Origin: Octopus bimaculoides
Taxonomy: Eukaryota
DNA length: 64,000 bases
Direction: 5' to 3'
Assembly (NCBI RefSeq): GCF_001194135.2
Contig: NC_068985.1
Span: 106,473,462 to 106,537,461 of the forward strand
A program made the position numbers and the translations under genes. Of the stretch, positions 1 to 13,020 are shown in pieces. Each line of letters opens with the position of its first letter. Position 1 is the stretch's first letter. Under the pieces are notes generated by a model. The model saw only the letters and a program-made list of their open reading frames with translations. It had not been told where the DNA came from and searched no databases.

Positions 1-905
1 CGGATCCTCACAATACAGAGTTCAAGTCCGGCCTGTGTCAACTTAATTCTGTTTTTCTCTTTTTGCCTATGAACGCAGAAAACAATCGCTGTTGTTTAGC
101 CGCGTGGCCTGATTAGTTAGACCTATAATCAAAAGAATTCCAGCAATGAACATCAGGGCATTTTTTTTCAGGTATCAGGTGTGTAATAATTATCCGATGT
201 AACTCTAAACAAACTGTTCAAGGATCGCTAGAGTCTAAGAAATCATTTTTAACACGATAGGTTATGAAATTTAACTCCTAATAATAGCAGGTCAAGCGAT
301 CAATAGAGGCTCCCGTGCTGGATCATGTAAAATAGTAGTACTATTCAGAGGTTAAATTCAATCTTCAACCACAACTATACTTAAACAAAACTTTGACGCG
401 GTTTGTAAATTTTTTTTTTTCATCGTTATTAAAATTATTAGTGTTCAAATCTGTTCAGGATCTACTTTCCCTTTTATCCTTCTGGATCGATCGTGTCCTC
501 CACATCCCTAACTTGTGGTTTTCCCAGTGTAAGAAATCCTTATTGTTACCATACTAATACGGTAGTCATAGGTAAGTTCCCGAGAAACGAAACTAGCGAC
601 GCGGTTTCGATTTTCGGTTTAAGCGTATTCTATATAAATTCAAGCCAATAATGTCTTTGAGAAAACAAAGATTGAACACCACAGCATTACATTTTCACCA
701 CCTTATATATCAGTGGCTAATGAGCGTAAAAAAAATTTTCTCGGTTATCAAACCATGAGTGCATATTGTAATGTCAATGAATTTGTAACATAAATACTTG
801 TGTAAGTATATGTATATATAGATGAATTAAATATATATACTATAAATATATGAACACACATACATGAACATACGCAGACACACATGTAAGATGTATTTAA
901 CTTAC

Positions 906-990
906 CGGCAGCAGTAATAAGTCCCCACAGCCGACAGAACCAAAGCAGACCGTTCCAAGGACATGTTTTTCTGCCATCGCGACAGCACAT
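906..990 (-). CDS. Candidate first coding exon of a host gene that continues off the left edge; signal-peptide-like N-terminus
   Basis: ATG at 990-988 gives MCCRDGRKTCPWNGLLWFCRLWGLITAA+G, followed by the donor G|GTAAGT at 905 (phase 1). An alternative ATG at 977 gives MAEKHVLGTVCFGSVGCGDLLLLP in phase 0. It lies downstream of a CpG-rich promoter-like patch. No homology recognised. Confidence 0.4.
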
Positions 991-1139
991 TCCACAGATA
1001 AAAGAGGGTCCAAAAAGCAACGGGTTGCTTACTCCAATATAGTTTCTGCGATTATTATTATTATTGTTTTTTGTTGTTATTTATTTACTTTTTTTTCGCG
1101 CCACTCCAAACAGCTGAATAGAAAGCATGAAGTAAAGCC

Positions 1140-1270
1140 ATGAAGGGAGCGAATTAACCCGGAAGTAGTCATCGCTGACCTCTCGCTTCGCTGCTCCCCA
1201 TTGGTCGAGCTGCTGAGGTGAGAGCAGCCAGTGCTATATGGTGTGATCTGGCGTAACGCGTGAGCAGGGA
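1140..1270 (-). promoter_or_regulatory. CpG-retaining promoter-like region
   Basis: ETS-type CCGGAAGT at 1159-1166, CCAAT on the minus strand at 1200-1204, and high CpG density compared with the CpG-poor surroundings. Confidence 0.45.
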
Positions 1271-1779
1271 CTGTACACACATTTATACATTCGTTAATAG
1301 ATATAAATACTTACACACAGACGGCATACGTTGACTAGCATATAATAGTACACAAAATACACACACACATACGTGTTTACGCATACACACGCGGTATTGC
1401 ATATAATACGTTAAGGTACAAAAGATTATACACGCTATCATTCATATAGGCATATACGCATACATGAATATGCATATAAATGTCTTTATATGTATGAGTA
1501 CATACTACACAGGTACACACAAAAAGACGCATATACACTCACACGCACACCCAACGCATATATTCATGTATTTGTGTGTACCCCCCAACCCCATGCACTC
1601 ATTCACAAACTTATACGTACGTGTAGATAAAAACATTATTCACGTCATTCTTACATTTCGATGCTAACATATACACGTGTATACATACCTCCTTACACAT
1701 ATGCACACTACATATTTGTATGTGTGTGCGAGCACTGTATATGTGTGCTACATACATAATTAACGACACAATTACTAGG

Positions 1780-2045
1780 TCTTGGGTTCGATCCCACTAC
1801 GTGACATCTTAAGCTAGGGTCTTTAGCCACGGGACAACCCAAAGATTGTGAGCGCAATTAGTTAAACGGAAATTCGTTGGTTACATTGTAGCTGCAATTC
1901 AAAAGTATACAATGTCACGTTGAATCTGGCTGAGGATTACGTTAAGACTACATGTGTTTGTGGAATATTCAGCCACTCGCACTAATTTAATGACCCGGTA
2001 ATTTAGTTAATCGAACTATTAACTGCTCATCGCTGAAACCGACTA
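1780..2045 (+). mobile_element. Old tRNA-derived SINE related to the copy at 20925-21350
   Basis: B-box-like GGTTCGATCCC at the start; the body (catgtgtttgtggaatattcagccactcgcac) resembles the reverse complement of 21000-21070. Confidence 0.55.
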
Positions 2046-2085
2046 GGACCCATTACTTCCTATTCGCTAATAATGATGTATTAAA

Positions 2086-2270
2086 TATATATATATATAA
2101 TGATATATTAAATATATATATTAAATTTTACAAGTAAAAAGGTTGACAGTTATTTAGAAGTTTCGGCTTACTAGCCGTCGTCAAACTCTTAACCGAAATT
2201 TCGAAGTCACTTTAATTTACCGTGAGAAAGAGAATAAACAAAAAGGGTACACTACAAAAAAGTATTGAGT
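2086..2270 (-). mobile_element. (TA)n-anchored PLE terminal-repeat-like remnant with a hammerhead-like core
   Basis: Minus strand 2184-2157 reads TTGACGA-CGGC-TAGTAA-GCC-GAAAC-TTC and abuts a TA-rich run. Confidence 0.45.
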
Positions 2271-2379
2271 GATCCTTCAATATAATAAGGTTTAACTGTT
2301 TTATATATAACTTTACATAAAGACAAAGAGTGGGAGAGAGAATGTGTGTGTCAGCGAAGGAGACTAGTCGATACACGTA

Positions 2380-2450
2380 CGTTATATAACTATAGGTGAG
2401 TCAGAGGGCGGGGGCAAAGCGCATAATGTTCGCTAGCCCCTCGTCGTTGT
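2380..2450 (+). promoter_or_regulatory. Promoter-like motif cluster
   Basis: AP-1 site TGAGTCA at 2397-2403, GC box GGGCGGGGG at 2406-2414, and local CpG retention. Confidence 0.35.
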
Positions 2451-2624
2451 TGAGATCGATATGATTATGTTCAATTTGAACATCTGTCAGTAAAATAAAT
2501 AAGTGGGCGATGATTAATGCTATGTTAAACGGGGTGGGTGGAGTGGTTCATTGGAAGCCTAAAAATGCGAAATAAGGAGTGATGAGAGGGAAAAGTAAAG
2601 ACAGGTGGACTTGATGTAAATGGT

Positions 2625-2821
2625 ATGCAACTACCTAGTTCTAGGAGCAGCGCTGTTGTAAGCAATAAGTATTCACAGGAAAAGGAGTCAGCACATCTTC
2701 GATGTGGACGTTGTTGTAAGTTGATGAGTGAATCTTTGCCAACCACACCCAACTTCGTTCGGATATGTGGAATTAATATTTCATTAAAGTTTTATGGCGT
2801 TTTATTTGAGATCTGTGAAGG
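2625..2821 (+). other. Candidate first exon of a plus-strand transcript; coding frame uncertain
   Basis: Unique, non-repetitive sequence ending in AAGG|GTGAGC. Open frames are ...MSESLPTTPNFVRICGINISLKFYGVLFEICE or the short MAFYLRSVK (phase 1). No homology recognised. Confidence 0.3.
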
Positions 2822-3763
2822 GTGAGCTTAAGTATTTCCTGGCCCTGAAGAGGGAGCTAAACTAGTCGATGCAGATTTTCTGTTATATGTGTATAATATA
2901 TATGAGAGACCATCAGACATTGTGAGGCCTCGCATTTGTCGCAACTTCGAAGATTCTGTTGTCTATTATTTATTCATCTGTTGGCGGTTGAAGCAGAAGA
3001 TTGTTTTCTTTGTGAGTTTTGTGATTGTATCTAAGTAGAGATTATATTGTAATGTCCCTGTTTGAGGGTGTTATCAAGGCTCTCGTTCCTAGAGTAGTTG
3101 CACCACACGAGCCAACAAATCAATGTCACTACACACAAGAACCCACATCCACACACAACACTATTACAGTCGTATCTCACATCCGTAAAATATTAAGTTG
3201 AAAAACTTCGATCAACTGAGACTATCCAGACAATTAAACAAAAAAGTTGTCAAGGAGTGTTTAAAAGAAATAAAGCAAGTGAATTATTTTCCTTTTTTTT
3301 TTTTTAACGCTCAATGGGTTCCAATACGACCAGTGGATAAATACATTTTTTTCTTTTTGAAAATATAGACAATGCAGTTTAGAATAGATGTGGTCATTCA
3401 AGGGAACTGGTGAAAGCTATAAGCATGTTTTACACTTATTAATCCCTCTTTGGTGGAGCATATTCTACCAAGTTGTAAAGATTAAGAGTGATCACACATC
3501 ACATCATCTTAAACCACATTTCACTCCACCCCATGTCATACTATACCCAAACACTGCTCGTCTATGCAAACACACTACATTACGCACCACGTCTAAAACC
3601 ACAGCACTAACCTTCACGCTACAGTACTAGCTGTATGCAACACCCTGTGCGTCTCACTACTGAGTTTCACACACTAAATACTATATTTCACAACCCCACT
3701 CTTCACACAATATTTTCCATCACTACATAACGCAGAGAGAGCCTCTACGCAGTTGCTTTACAT

Positions 3764-3960
3764 CAGTGGTTCTCAAACGGGATCCCCCATGACCCTTGGG
3801 TGTCCACACAAACAAAATAATAAATTGAGGATCCACAGTAGTATCTTAAGGGTCCATGAAAAAAAGTTTGCTTTTGATGTATCTATTGCAATAAACAGCT
3901 AGTTTTCTGTCTCTCGTGTTCTTTATAGCTTAACATATTTCCAGCCACTGAAACATGTTC
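3764..3960. mobile_element. hAT/Charlie-like MITE remnant (one end)
   Basis: Starts with CAGTGGTTCTCAAAC, a typical Charlie-type TIR. The second TIR was not found. Confidence 0.5.
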
Positions 3961-4049
3961 TTTCAGAGAGTGTTGTCGCAAACCTGTACGAGTGAATGTG
4001 TGAAAAAGAAAATAGGAATTTTTTTAAGAGCTATCTTTAAAGCTAGTTT

Positions 4050-4110
4050 TTAACCCTTTAGCATTTAATCCAGCCATATCTGACTAAAATATTCTAACTG
4101 TTTTATGTTN
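4050..4110. mobile_element. piggyBac-like MITE end running into an assembly gap
   Basis: TTAA-CCCTTTAGCATTT start; same family as 48584-48810. Confidence 0.5.
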
Positions 4111-4531
4111 NNNNNNNNNNNNNNNNNNNNNNNNNNNNNNNNNNNNNNNNNNNNNNNNNNNNNNNNNNNNNNNNNNNNNNNNNNNNNNNNNNNNNNNNNN
4201 NNNNNNNNNNNNNNNNNNNNNNNNNNNNNNNNNNNNNNNNNNNNNNNNNNNNNNNNNNNNNNNNNNNNNNNNNNNNNNNNNNNNNNNNNNNNNNNNNNNN
4301 NNNNNNNNNNNNNNNNNNNNNNNNNNNNNNNNNNNNNNNNNNNNNNNNNNNNNNNNNNNNNNNNNNNNNNNNNNNNNNNNNNNNNNNNNNNNNNNNNNNN
4401 NNNNNNNNNNNNNNNNNNNNNNNNNNNNNNNNNNNNNNNNNNNNNNNNNNNNNNNNNNNNNNNNNNNNNNNNNNNNNNNNNNNNNNNNNNNNNNNNNNNN
4501 NNNNNNNNNNNNNNNNNNNNNNNNNNNNNNN

Positions 4532-4657
4532 GAGCCTCGTGGAGCTTTTAGGTGTTTTCGCTCAATAAACACTCACAACACCCGGTCTGGGAATCGAAAC
4601 CGCGATCCTATGACCGCGAGTCCGCTGCCCTAACCACAGGGCCATTGCGCCTCCACT
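4532..4657 (-). mobile_element. tRNA-head SINE, 5' part (family D, OR1-like)
   Basis: Minus strand begins GTGGAGGCGCAATGGCCC with A-box and B-box; nearly identical to 21225-21350. Confidence 0.8.
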
Positions 4658-5424
4658 GTCATAAAAATAAGCAATCACATAGGTTTGGCATGAATGCTTT
4701 TAACAGGATTTGTTAAAAACATTCATGCCAAACCTTAGATCTAATTTATGACTTCTCGTCAGTTTCAGAGACCCTGAAAAAAAAAAAAAAGATCAGGATT
4801 ACTGTTCTTCTTCTTTTGAATGTCTTTTAAATAATTTTTTTTTTTTTTCAAATTCAGAAAGAAGAACACACCACACCTCATAATCCAACAAAAGAGCCTT
4901 TTATGTGGTCACTTGATGTGTTATACATAGAAACCAAATTTCTTGCAATATCATACTCTCTTAGAAAGCCATACATTGGAAAATGTGGTCTAATATACCC
5001 TAAATCTTAAAAAAAAGAACAGAATAGGCATGGCTGGAGCATCTTTGATCATAGAGCTGCTCGATCAGGAGCTAAATAAGTCACATATCTATACACATAT
5101 ATTTATATATGTACTCATGCATCTAAGCATGTATTACGTGAGGAAAAGTGCTATTTATCTTCTCTGATAAACAAAAGTCCTGTAGTTTCAGCAGTTTTGT
5201 TGACTTCAGAGTGTGAGGACCAGTGAAATAGAAATATTTTAACAAACAGATATGAATTGGCAACAAATAGTTGTGTGTTTGACAAGTGTTACTACATTTA
5301 TGGTCTTCTTCTTCTTCAAGCAGTTGCAAACAAGATGCATTTTATCATGCTCATCACGAATCTCTGTCCATCACCAATTTTAGTAGGTCCCACGTTTCCT
5401 GTTGTGCCTCAGCTGATCTTTCTA

Positions 5425-5456
<32 letters not shown>

Positions 5457-5485
5457 ACCTATCTACACACACATATTCTCTTATT

Positions 5486-6055
5486 CTCTTACTTGTTTCA
5501 GTCATTTGACTGTGGCCATGCTGGAGCACCGCCTTTAGTTAAGCAAATCAACCCCAGAGCTTATTCTTTGTAAGCCTAGTACTTATTCTATCGGTCTCTT
5601 TTGCCGAACCGCTAAGTTACGAGGATGTAAACACACCATCATTGGTTATCAAGCAATGTTGAGGGGACAAACACAGACACACAAACATATACACACACAT
5701 ACATCATCATCATCATCATCATCGTCGTTTAACGTCCGCTTTCCATGCTAGCATGGGTTGGACGATTTGACTGAGGACTGGTGGACCAGGAGGCGACACC
5801 AGGCTCCAATCTGGTTTGGCAGAGTTTCTACAGTTGGATGCCCTTCCTAACGCCAACCACTTCGAGAGTGTAGTGGGTGCTTTTATGTGCCACCGGCACG
5901 AGGGCCAGTCAGGCGGGTACTGGCAACAGCCATGCTCGAAATGATGGGCTTCTTCCAGTTTCCGTCTACCAAATCCACTCACAAGGCTTTAGTTGGCCTG
6001 AGGCTATAGTAGAAGACACTTGCCCAAGATGCCATGCAGTGGGACTGAACCCATG
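5486..6055 (-). mobile_element. CORE-type SINE (family A) split by a nested family C SINE
   Basis: Tail half at 5486-5700 and head half at 5946-6055 match the intact copy at 16148-16537. Confidence 0.8.
5701..5945 (-). mobile_element. Family C SINE with (GAT)n tail
   Basis: Reverse complement of ...CCAACCCATGCTAGCATGGAAAGCGGACGTTAAACGATGATGATG, which recurs at 9418, 21680, 27285 and elsewhere. Confidence 0.8.
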
Positions 6056-6328
6056 TACTTTTTCATCAAAGCTGCAAAAACATAACAAAAACTGTTACTC
6101 TGCATTTCATGTTCTCATTTGTCAGACAGCTATGATCAAGACTGGAATAAAATTGTGATGGTACATGTAATATATGATTTGATATAAATAAAAAGCATAT
6201 TTGTATTCAAGTACTATTTTTTGTATATATATATATATATTATATATCATCATCATCATTATCTAATGTCCATTTTGCATGCTAGCGTATATATATATAT
6301 ATATATATATGCATATATATACATATAT

Positions 6329-6455
6329 ATTGGGTCATCCCATAAATAACGCAGTTTTTTAATATTTCTTTTATTTTACAAAATTAATATAAACAAAGTT
6401 CTTTTTTAATCTAAAATATACTCTCCTTCATTTTCTACAATGCTTTTCCATATAT
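6329..6455 (-). mobile_element. Mariner transposon 3' end (transposase C-terminus plus TIR)
   Basis: Minus strand reads WKSIVENEGEYILD*, followed by the TIR ...TTATTTATGGGATGACCCAA-TA next to a TA run. Confidence 0.65.
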
Positions 6456-7410
6456 CTCAGAAATACCAAAATAAAATTATGGATTTACGGAGGGTCAAAG
6501 TTAGGAACAAAAACAGGACAGTAGAGACATACAAGGAAACTGAACGAAAACAAACATAGAGGGTTGTTAGCCCTGAACGAGAAATATTTTCTTTGGAAAG
6601 AGAAAAAATAGAAGGGAGAGATAGGAGACGTCCAGTCCTTAGAACATCCGTGCAGGAAAGAAAGATGGTCACATGTGAGCAGCAAGAGAGAGAAAAAGAG
6701 AAAGAGGGGTGGGGAGACATATGTATGTATGTATAGATAGATAGATAGATGCAAAGAGAGAGACCTTTAGTAGAGTAAACAGTATATATTAGTACATGCA
6801 CATATACGTTTGTGCTTGAAAAAATATGGTGAGGTGGTCATAGCTGGAATGTCTTTTTATCATAGATCATTTTGATCAGAACTGACCTGAAGCAAAGCAA
6901 CAACTTCAGAAGCAAACACACACAAACAAAAGAGAAAAACAGATTCCACATACCAGTCTGTTCTATCATTGTACCTCCTCACCCTTACTTCCATTAATTC
7001 CCATGCAAGACCAAAGGCCAGTGGACATTGCTAAAGAATGACTATATATATAATATGACATACAAAGTCATTAAGTCCTTTGAGAGTTAGGAACAGAAGA
7101 ATTTAAGGAATTGAAAACTATTAAAAAGTAATTTAAATTAAAAAGAAAAACGAAACAGGCAAACAATTATCCCTCATGGCTTGTAAAAACTGGCCAGAAA
7201 TTACTCTCCAAATGACACAGAAGAATAGTGTCTGTGATGTGGTTGTAGATGTACAACATAATTTATGATACTTGATAATATATTATATCATAATGCTACA
7301 AAATAAAATTAACTGATTTGAAAACCGTGTGGCTGGGAAGTAAACTTCTTAACTACACTGCCATGCCTACATTATATATATGTGTATGAATGTATGTGTG
7401 TGTATATATA

Positions 7411-7466
<56 letters not shown>

Positions 7467-7476
7467 NNNNNNNNNN

Positions 7477-7523
<47 letters not shown>

Positions 7524-7589
7524 CCACTGAGTAACAACAACAGCAAACATGATGTGTGGATCCTGAAGAAATGCAACGAAGCTGCTGCC

Positions 7590-8045
7590 TTAAAAAGGAC
7601 ATTCCTCCTTAATGCCCAGGGTATCAACCCAGCTCAAAAATGGAAAATACCCTGCATTGAGGGATGGATTGCAGCACACTCACACCCAATCCCTTTCTTT
7701 GTCCTAATTAAGACCCACCTAAACGACCGTCATTTAGAGGCTGAACAGAAAATCAGAAGTCTTCACTGCCATTTGCGCTGATCAGGCAGGCCGAAAAAAG
7801 GGTAGATTTGCTATTTTCTTCCATGATTCTTTCAGCACAGATGCCAAGGACACTTTCTCCAATGGCTGTTGTGAACCAGTCTCTGTACGCAACAAGGGTA
7901 AAGACCTGTCTGTGATTGGGCTTTACAGACCCCTCACAAGCACCCTTACACTATTTCCAAGATCAAATCTTTCCACCTGCAATGTAACCTATGAAATATC
8001 CTGGTGATGGGTGACTTCAACCTACCCTCCGTAGATTGGTCCACT
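7590..8045 (+). pseudogene. Decayed APE endonuclease domain of a CR1/L2-type LINE
   Basis: LLNAQGI...FFVLIKTHL...SVIGLYRP...ILVMGDFNLPSVDW motifs, interrupted by stops and frameshifts. Confidence 0.75.
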
Positions 8046-8070
8046 AATATTGTTAGACCAATATATATAT

Positions 8071-8485
8071 AGGTGTGGCTGTGTGGTAAGAAGCTTGCTT
8101 CTCAACCACATGGTTCTGGGTTCAGTCCTACTGCATAACAACTTGGGCCAAGTGTCTTCTACTATAGCCTTGCACTGATCAAAGCCTTGTAAGTGGATCT
8201 GGTAGACGGAAACTGTAAAACACTCATTGTGTGTGTATATGTGTGTGTGTGTGTTTGTGTTTTAATGTGTGCATGTCTGTGTTTGTATCCTTCCCCACCC
8301 ATTGCTTGACAATCAATGCCGCTATGTTTATGCCCCTGTAATTTAGTGGTTTGGCAAAAGAGACCAATAGAATAAGTACTAGGCATATAAAGAATAAGTC
8401 CTAGGGTCAATTTCTTTGACTAAAACCCTTTAAAGCAGTGCTCCAGCATGGTTGCAATTAAATGACTGAAACAAGAATAAAAAGA
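8071..8485 (+). mobile_element. Family A CORE-type SINE
   Basis: GTGGCTGTGTGGTAAG head, CTTGGGCCAAGTGTCTTCTACT core, internal (TG)n, and GACTGAAACAAG tail. Confidence 0.85.
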
Positions 8486-9074
8486 GCATATATATACATA
8501 CATACACATACACATATATATATACATAGATACACATGTATATACATACATACTTACATATATATATATACTCTTCGAAACGCCTGTGTTAAAATGGGGG
8601 TAGCTGATGAAGGAAAATGTTCTCTATGTGGCCTGTGTGTGTTCTGTACTCTGGTTATTATTATTTTTTTTTGTCTTCGTTTTGTTTGCAATGTCCTGTA
8701 CCCAGATATGCACCGATATATACAGGTTGACATAGGTATGCACAAACCTGTACGTATATATGCATATACTCATTTATTATTTGTTTTATATATATATATA
8801 TATATATATATCTGAGCAATAGTGTTTCCCATGTATTCTATTTTCTGTCTCCATCATTTGCTTTATATGAAAGATTATGTAAATGACAAAGGAACAAGAA
8901 ATTATACAATGAACTTCATGACGTAATTTCTTGTACCTCTGTCATCTATAGAATCTCTTATTACACTCTGTACTCAAGTGACATTTTTCTCTAAAGCGTA
9001 CGTGTATTGAGTTCTAACATCAAGTTAAAGTATTAGTTTTATATATTTGATACAAGAACAGCAAGCTCTTGGAG

Positions 9075-9225
9075 AGTGGGATAAATTGATTATATCGACC
9101 CCAGTGCTCCTGAAAGGATGAAAGGCGAAGTCGACCTTGGCGGAATTTGAACTCAGAACATAACGATGGATGAAATGCTGCTAAGCATTTTGCCTAGCAT
9201 GCTAACAATTCAGCCAGCTTGCCAC
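9075..9225 (-). mobile_element. Family B tRNA-derived SINE (Meta-domain-like)
   Basis: Reverse complement of GAGTTCAAATTCCGCC.AGGTCGAC...CCTTTCATCCTTT, shared with 12790, 38520 and 42992. Confidence 0.75.
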
Positions 9226-9278
9226 CAGGTTATGAGTATTGCTATGTTAAGTGAAATATCAAAAAATATATATATATA

Positions 9279-9343
<65 letters not shown>

Positions 9344-9417
9344 AAATATATATATATATATATATCTGTATGTATGTGTATATGTATGTGTATAAATATA
9401 TATATATATGAAATATA

Positions 9418-9582
9418 TCCTACACTCTCTGAGTGGTTGGCGTTAGGAAGGGCATCCAGCTGTAGAAACTCTGCCAAATCAGACTGGAGCCTGGTGTTGC
9501 CATCCGGTTTCACCAGTCCTCAGTCAAATCGTCCAACCCATGCTAGCATGGAAAGCGGACGTTAAACGATGATGATGATGAT
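9418..9582 (+). mobile_element. Family C SINE, 3' part
   Basis: TACACTCTC.GAGTGGTTGGCGTTAGGAAGGGCATCCAGC...GGACGTTAAACGATGATGATG. Confidence 0.85.
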
Positions 9583-10036
9583 ATTAATACACACAAAAAC
9601 ACAAATATGCATTTGTGCTTGGTAAAATATGATGTGGGGGCAATAGATGGAATGTCTTTTCCTCATAGATGCCTTTGATCAGAAGTAAATGCACACACAC
9701 ACACACATCATGCACACATTCACACATACAAAAAAAAATCCCAAAAAACATTCCACATACCAGCCTGCACTATCATTACATCAGCTAAATCTTGTCAAAT
9801 CTTCGTATAGTTTGAATGCACACAGGTCTCAATGTTCAAGTGGTTAAAAAGTGTCAGCAGAAGGGCATCGAGGGGTCATGACTTAGAAGTAACTCGGCTT
9901 AGAGTGTAAGAAGTTAAGGGCTGAAGCGTTTGCCTGATGGCGGAATCTTCTCTGAAGACCTTCTGTTGTTCAGCTCTCCCAAGAGTTTCTAACCATGTAT
10001 GTTTTATACACACACACAGACACACACACACCAACG

Positions 10037-10080
<44 letters not shown>

Positions 10081-10102
10081 NNNNNNNNNNTATATATATA
10101 TG

Positions 10103-10140
<38 letters not shown>

Positions 10141-12789
10141 GGATTATGTTGAAGTAGCATTAGCATTACCTTTAGTTCATGTGCGTATATAAATATATAC
10201 ACACACACATATATAGATATACACATATATATATATATAATACAGACATCACACACATACACATATATATAGATATACACATATATATATATAATACAGA
10301 CACACACACACACATGATATATATACATATATATATATTTATGTGTGTGTGTGATATATACAAACACACATACATATATGCATAATGCTGTATGGTTAAG
10401 AAGTTTGCTTCCCAACCACATGGTTCCAGGTTCAATCCTACTGTGTAGCACCATGGGCAAGTGTCTTCTACTATAATCTCAGGTCGACCAAAAGTTTGTG
10501 AATGTATTTGACAAACAAACTAAAAAGAGCCTATTTGCATGTGTGTGTGTTTCTCGTTGCTTTGCTAGAAATAGACTCTCTTCTGAATCTAGCCAATCAG
10601 CAATCATAGTTGTTTTAATCCTACTAGAACTGGTCAAGGACTTGCAGTGTGTTACTCCATGCAAACACCTCATTGCTCTCCAACTTAATGGTCCTCTATC
10701 ACTTCCGCCTCCCATCAAAACAGACATCAACTGATGCTGTTTGGAAATAGGGATCTTTATACTCCCTTACCCCCATCCTTCTAATCTGTATTTTATTTCT
10801 TGGTTTGGGTTTCATAATCAATGCAAAGTAACTGAAAAGCAATTTATACTGAGGTGAGCTCTCTTGTTCACAATAACCAGTCTGTCTCCTTTTCTGGTCA
10901 ATACAAGTCAGTCAGATCCTGTTGTCTACCTGATTCATAAGTGACCAGTTGATAAGCCATCTTTTTGAAGCCTATGTTGTCAATGTTCATTATTTTAGTT
11001 GTTCAGCTCCAATCAGTTCTGACTAATCAGACTTACAATCATAGGTAATCTAGCTATGACCGTCCCACTTTTTTCTCCAGGCTACATTACATTCTTATCG
11101 TTGCCAAATGTGTTCTGTTTGTAATTTGAAGAAGATTTAAATGCTATTTTAGCAGATCAAGTAACAACAAAGTGGCTTCAACTGGTGAATGTTTTATTCA
11201 TATTTACACATTCATATTCAATTTCTTTTGTATCAGATCCGGGTGTAAAAAATTTTTGTTTCCTAGTAACACTAGACTGAAGTTGATTAACTGCATTCCT
11301 CAATATCTTAAGCTTAACCATTGGGTGTATAATTAAGAAGCTTGCTTCCCAGCTACATGGTTTCAGGTTCATTCCCACTATATGGAATCTTGGGCAAGTA
11401 TCTTCTACAATAGTCCTAGGATGACCAAAGCCAGTAAGTGAATTTAGTAGATGGAAACTTGAAGAAGCCCACTCTCTCTCTTATATATATATATATATAT
11501 ATAAACAGTATCAAGCACATACACAAGGTACTTGTTTTATGCGTGTGTGTGCTTGTCTTGACATTGTGTGATGGTTGTAAACAAATATGATGTCAAGTGG
11601 TGTCATTCAAACAAAAACAAAAAAAAAACCTACTTTATCATATCTCGTAGAACTTGTATAAACTGTTTTGTATGTTGTCCAGCACTGAACAATCGTGAAC
11701 ACTTTTGTTCAAAATATTTCTTTGCTTTGGAAAGTTACATAAAATTTTATACTTTCTAAACTTTGTTGAAATATCCTGAGTTTACTCACAAAATTATCGA
11801 TCAAATAAAAGACACCATGTCACTAGATTTCCAAAATACCTTTCTGTTTAAGTTCAATCAGATTCAATGCAAAATCATTTAGCTAAGGAAAATTATGTTC
11901 TACACTTTTCATATGTAAAAATAGTCTGATTTCACTTAAAAATTCAATAAATAATTGGCCAAGGCTCAACTATCTTATATTAGTAAACCATTGTAAATTG
12001 ATTCAACTTTGTATAAAAGTAAATTAAATTCAACTATCAAATTGGCTATCTTTGTCATAACTTTCATTATTGAAATCATTAAAGGCCTACTTTGGCACCC
12101 ATTACTTCCTGATTCATTTTACATCCATTTTTCCATGCTTGTATGGGTGAGGCAAACATGTTAATGAAGCCTTGTATTATTGTAATACAGTGATACCTTT
12201 CTCATCACCAATCCTTAGTCTATTGTTCAAGTAAGGGATCTCTGATTCCATGTAGCTTTGAAGGTATGAAGTGAGCAGATGATTGGTTGATAAGAAAATT
12301 GACAACACCACCATTCATACATTGCACACATACATGCACGCACACACACACACACACACATGTATGTATGTATGTATGTATGTATGTATGTATGTATGTA
12401 TGTATGTATGAATGTATGAACAAATAACAGGCTACTTTCAGTTTCTGTCTACCAAATCCACTCACAAGGCTTTGGTCAGCCAAAGGCTATTTAAGAAAGC
12501 ACACAAGCTTAAAGTACTGCAAAGTGGGGTTGAATGCAAAGCCATGTAGTTGGGAAGCTCATCAATAGTCTCCCTAAAAATTCTGTATTAAGCTAATTAA
12601 GCTAACAATGTAATATCCGTAGTCTTATCAAGTCAACAAGGAAAAATTATAATGAGCTCATTGAATACAGTACTCAGGTCAACCACAGCTTGTTGGAAAA
12701 AGGGTAAAAGAAAGGACAGAAAGCAGCAATCAGTCAAGTAAAAACAAACAAACAAAAAACAAGAATGCCAGATGCATTTCAGCCTTCTT

Positions 12790-13020
12790 ATTTCCTTATT
12801 GCCCACAAGGGGCTAAACATAGAGGGGACAAACAAGGACAGACAAAGGGATTAAGTTGATTACATTGACCCCAGTGCGTAACTGGTACTTAATTTATCAA
12901 CCCCGAAAAGATGAAAGGCAAAGTCAACCTCGGCGGAATTTGAACTCAGAACGTAACGGCAGACGAAATACCGCTAAGCATTTCGCCCGGCAGGGTAACG
13001 TTTCTTTCAGCTTGCCGTCT
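12790..13020 (-). mobile_element. Family B SINE, near full length
   Basis: Highly similar to 42992-43209; tRNA-like A and B boxes on the minus strand. Confidence 0.85.
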
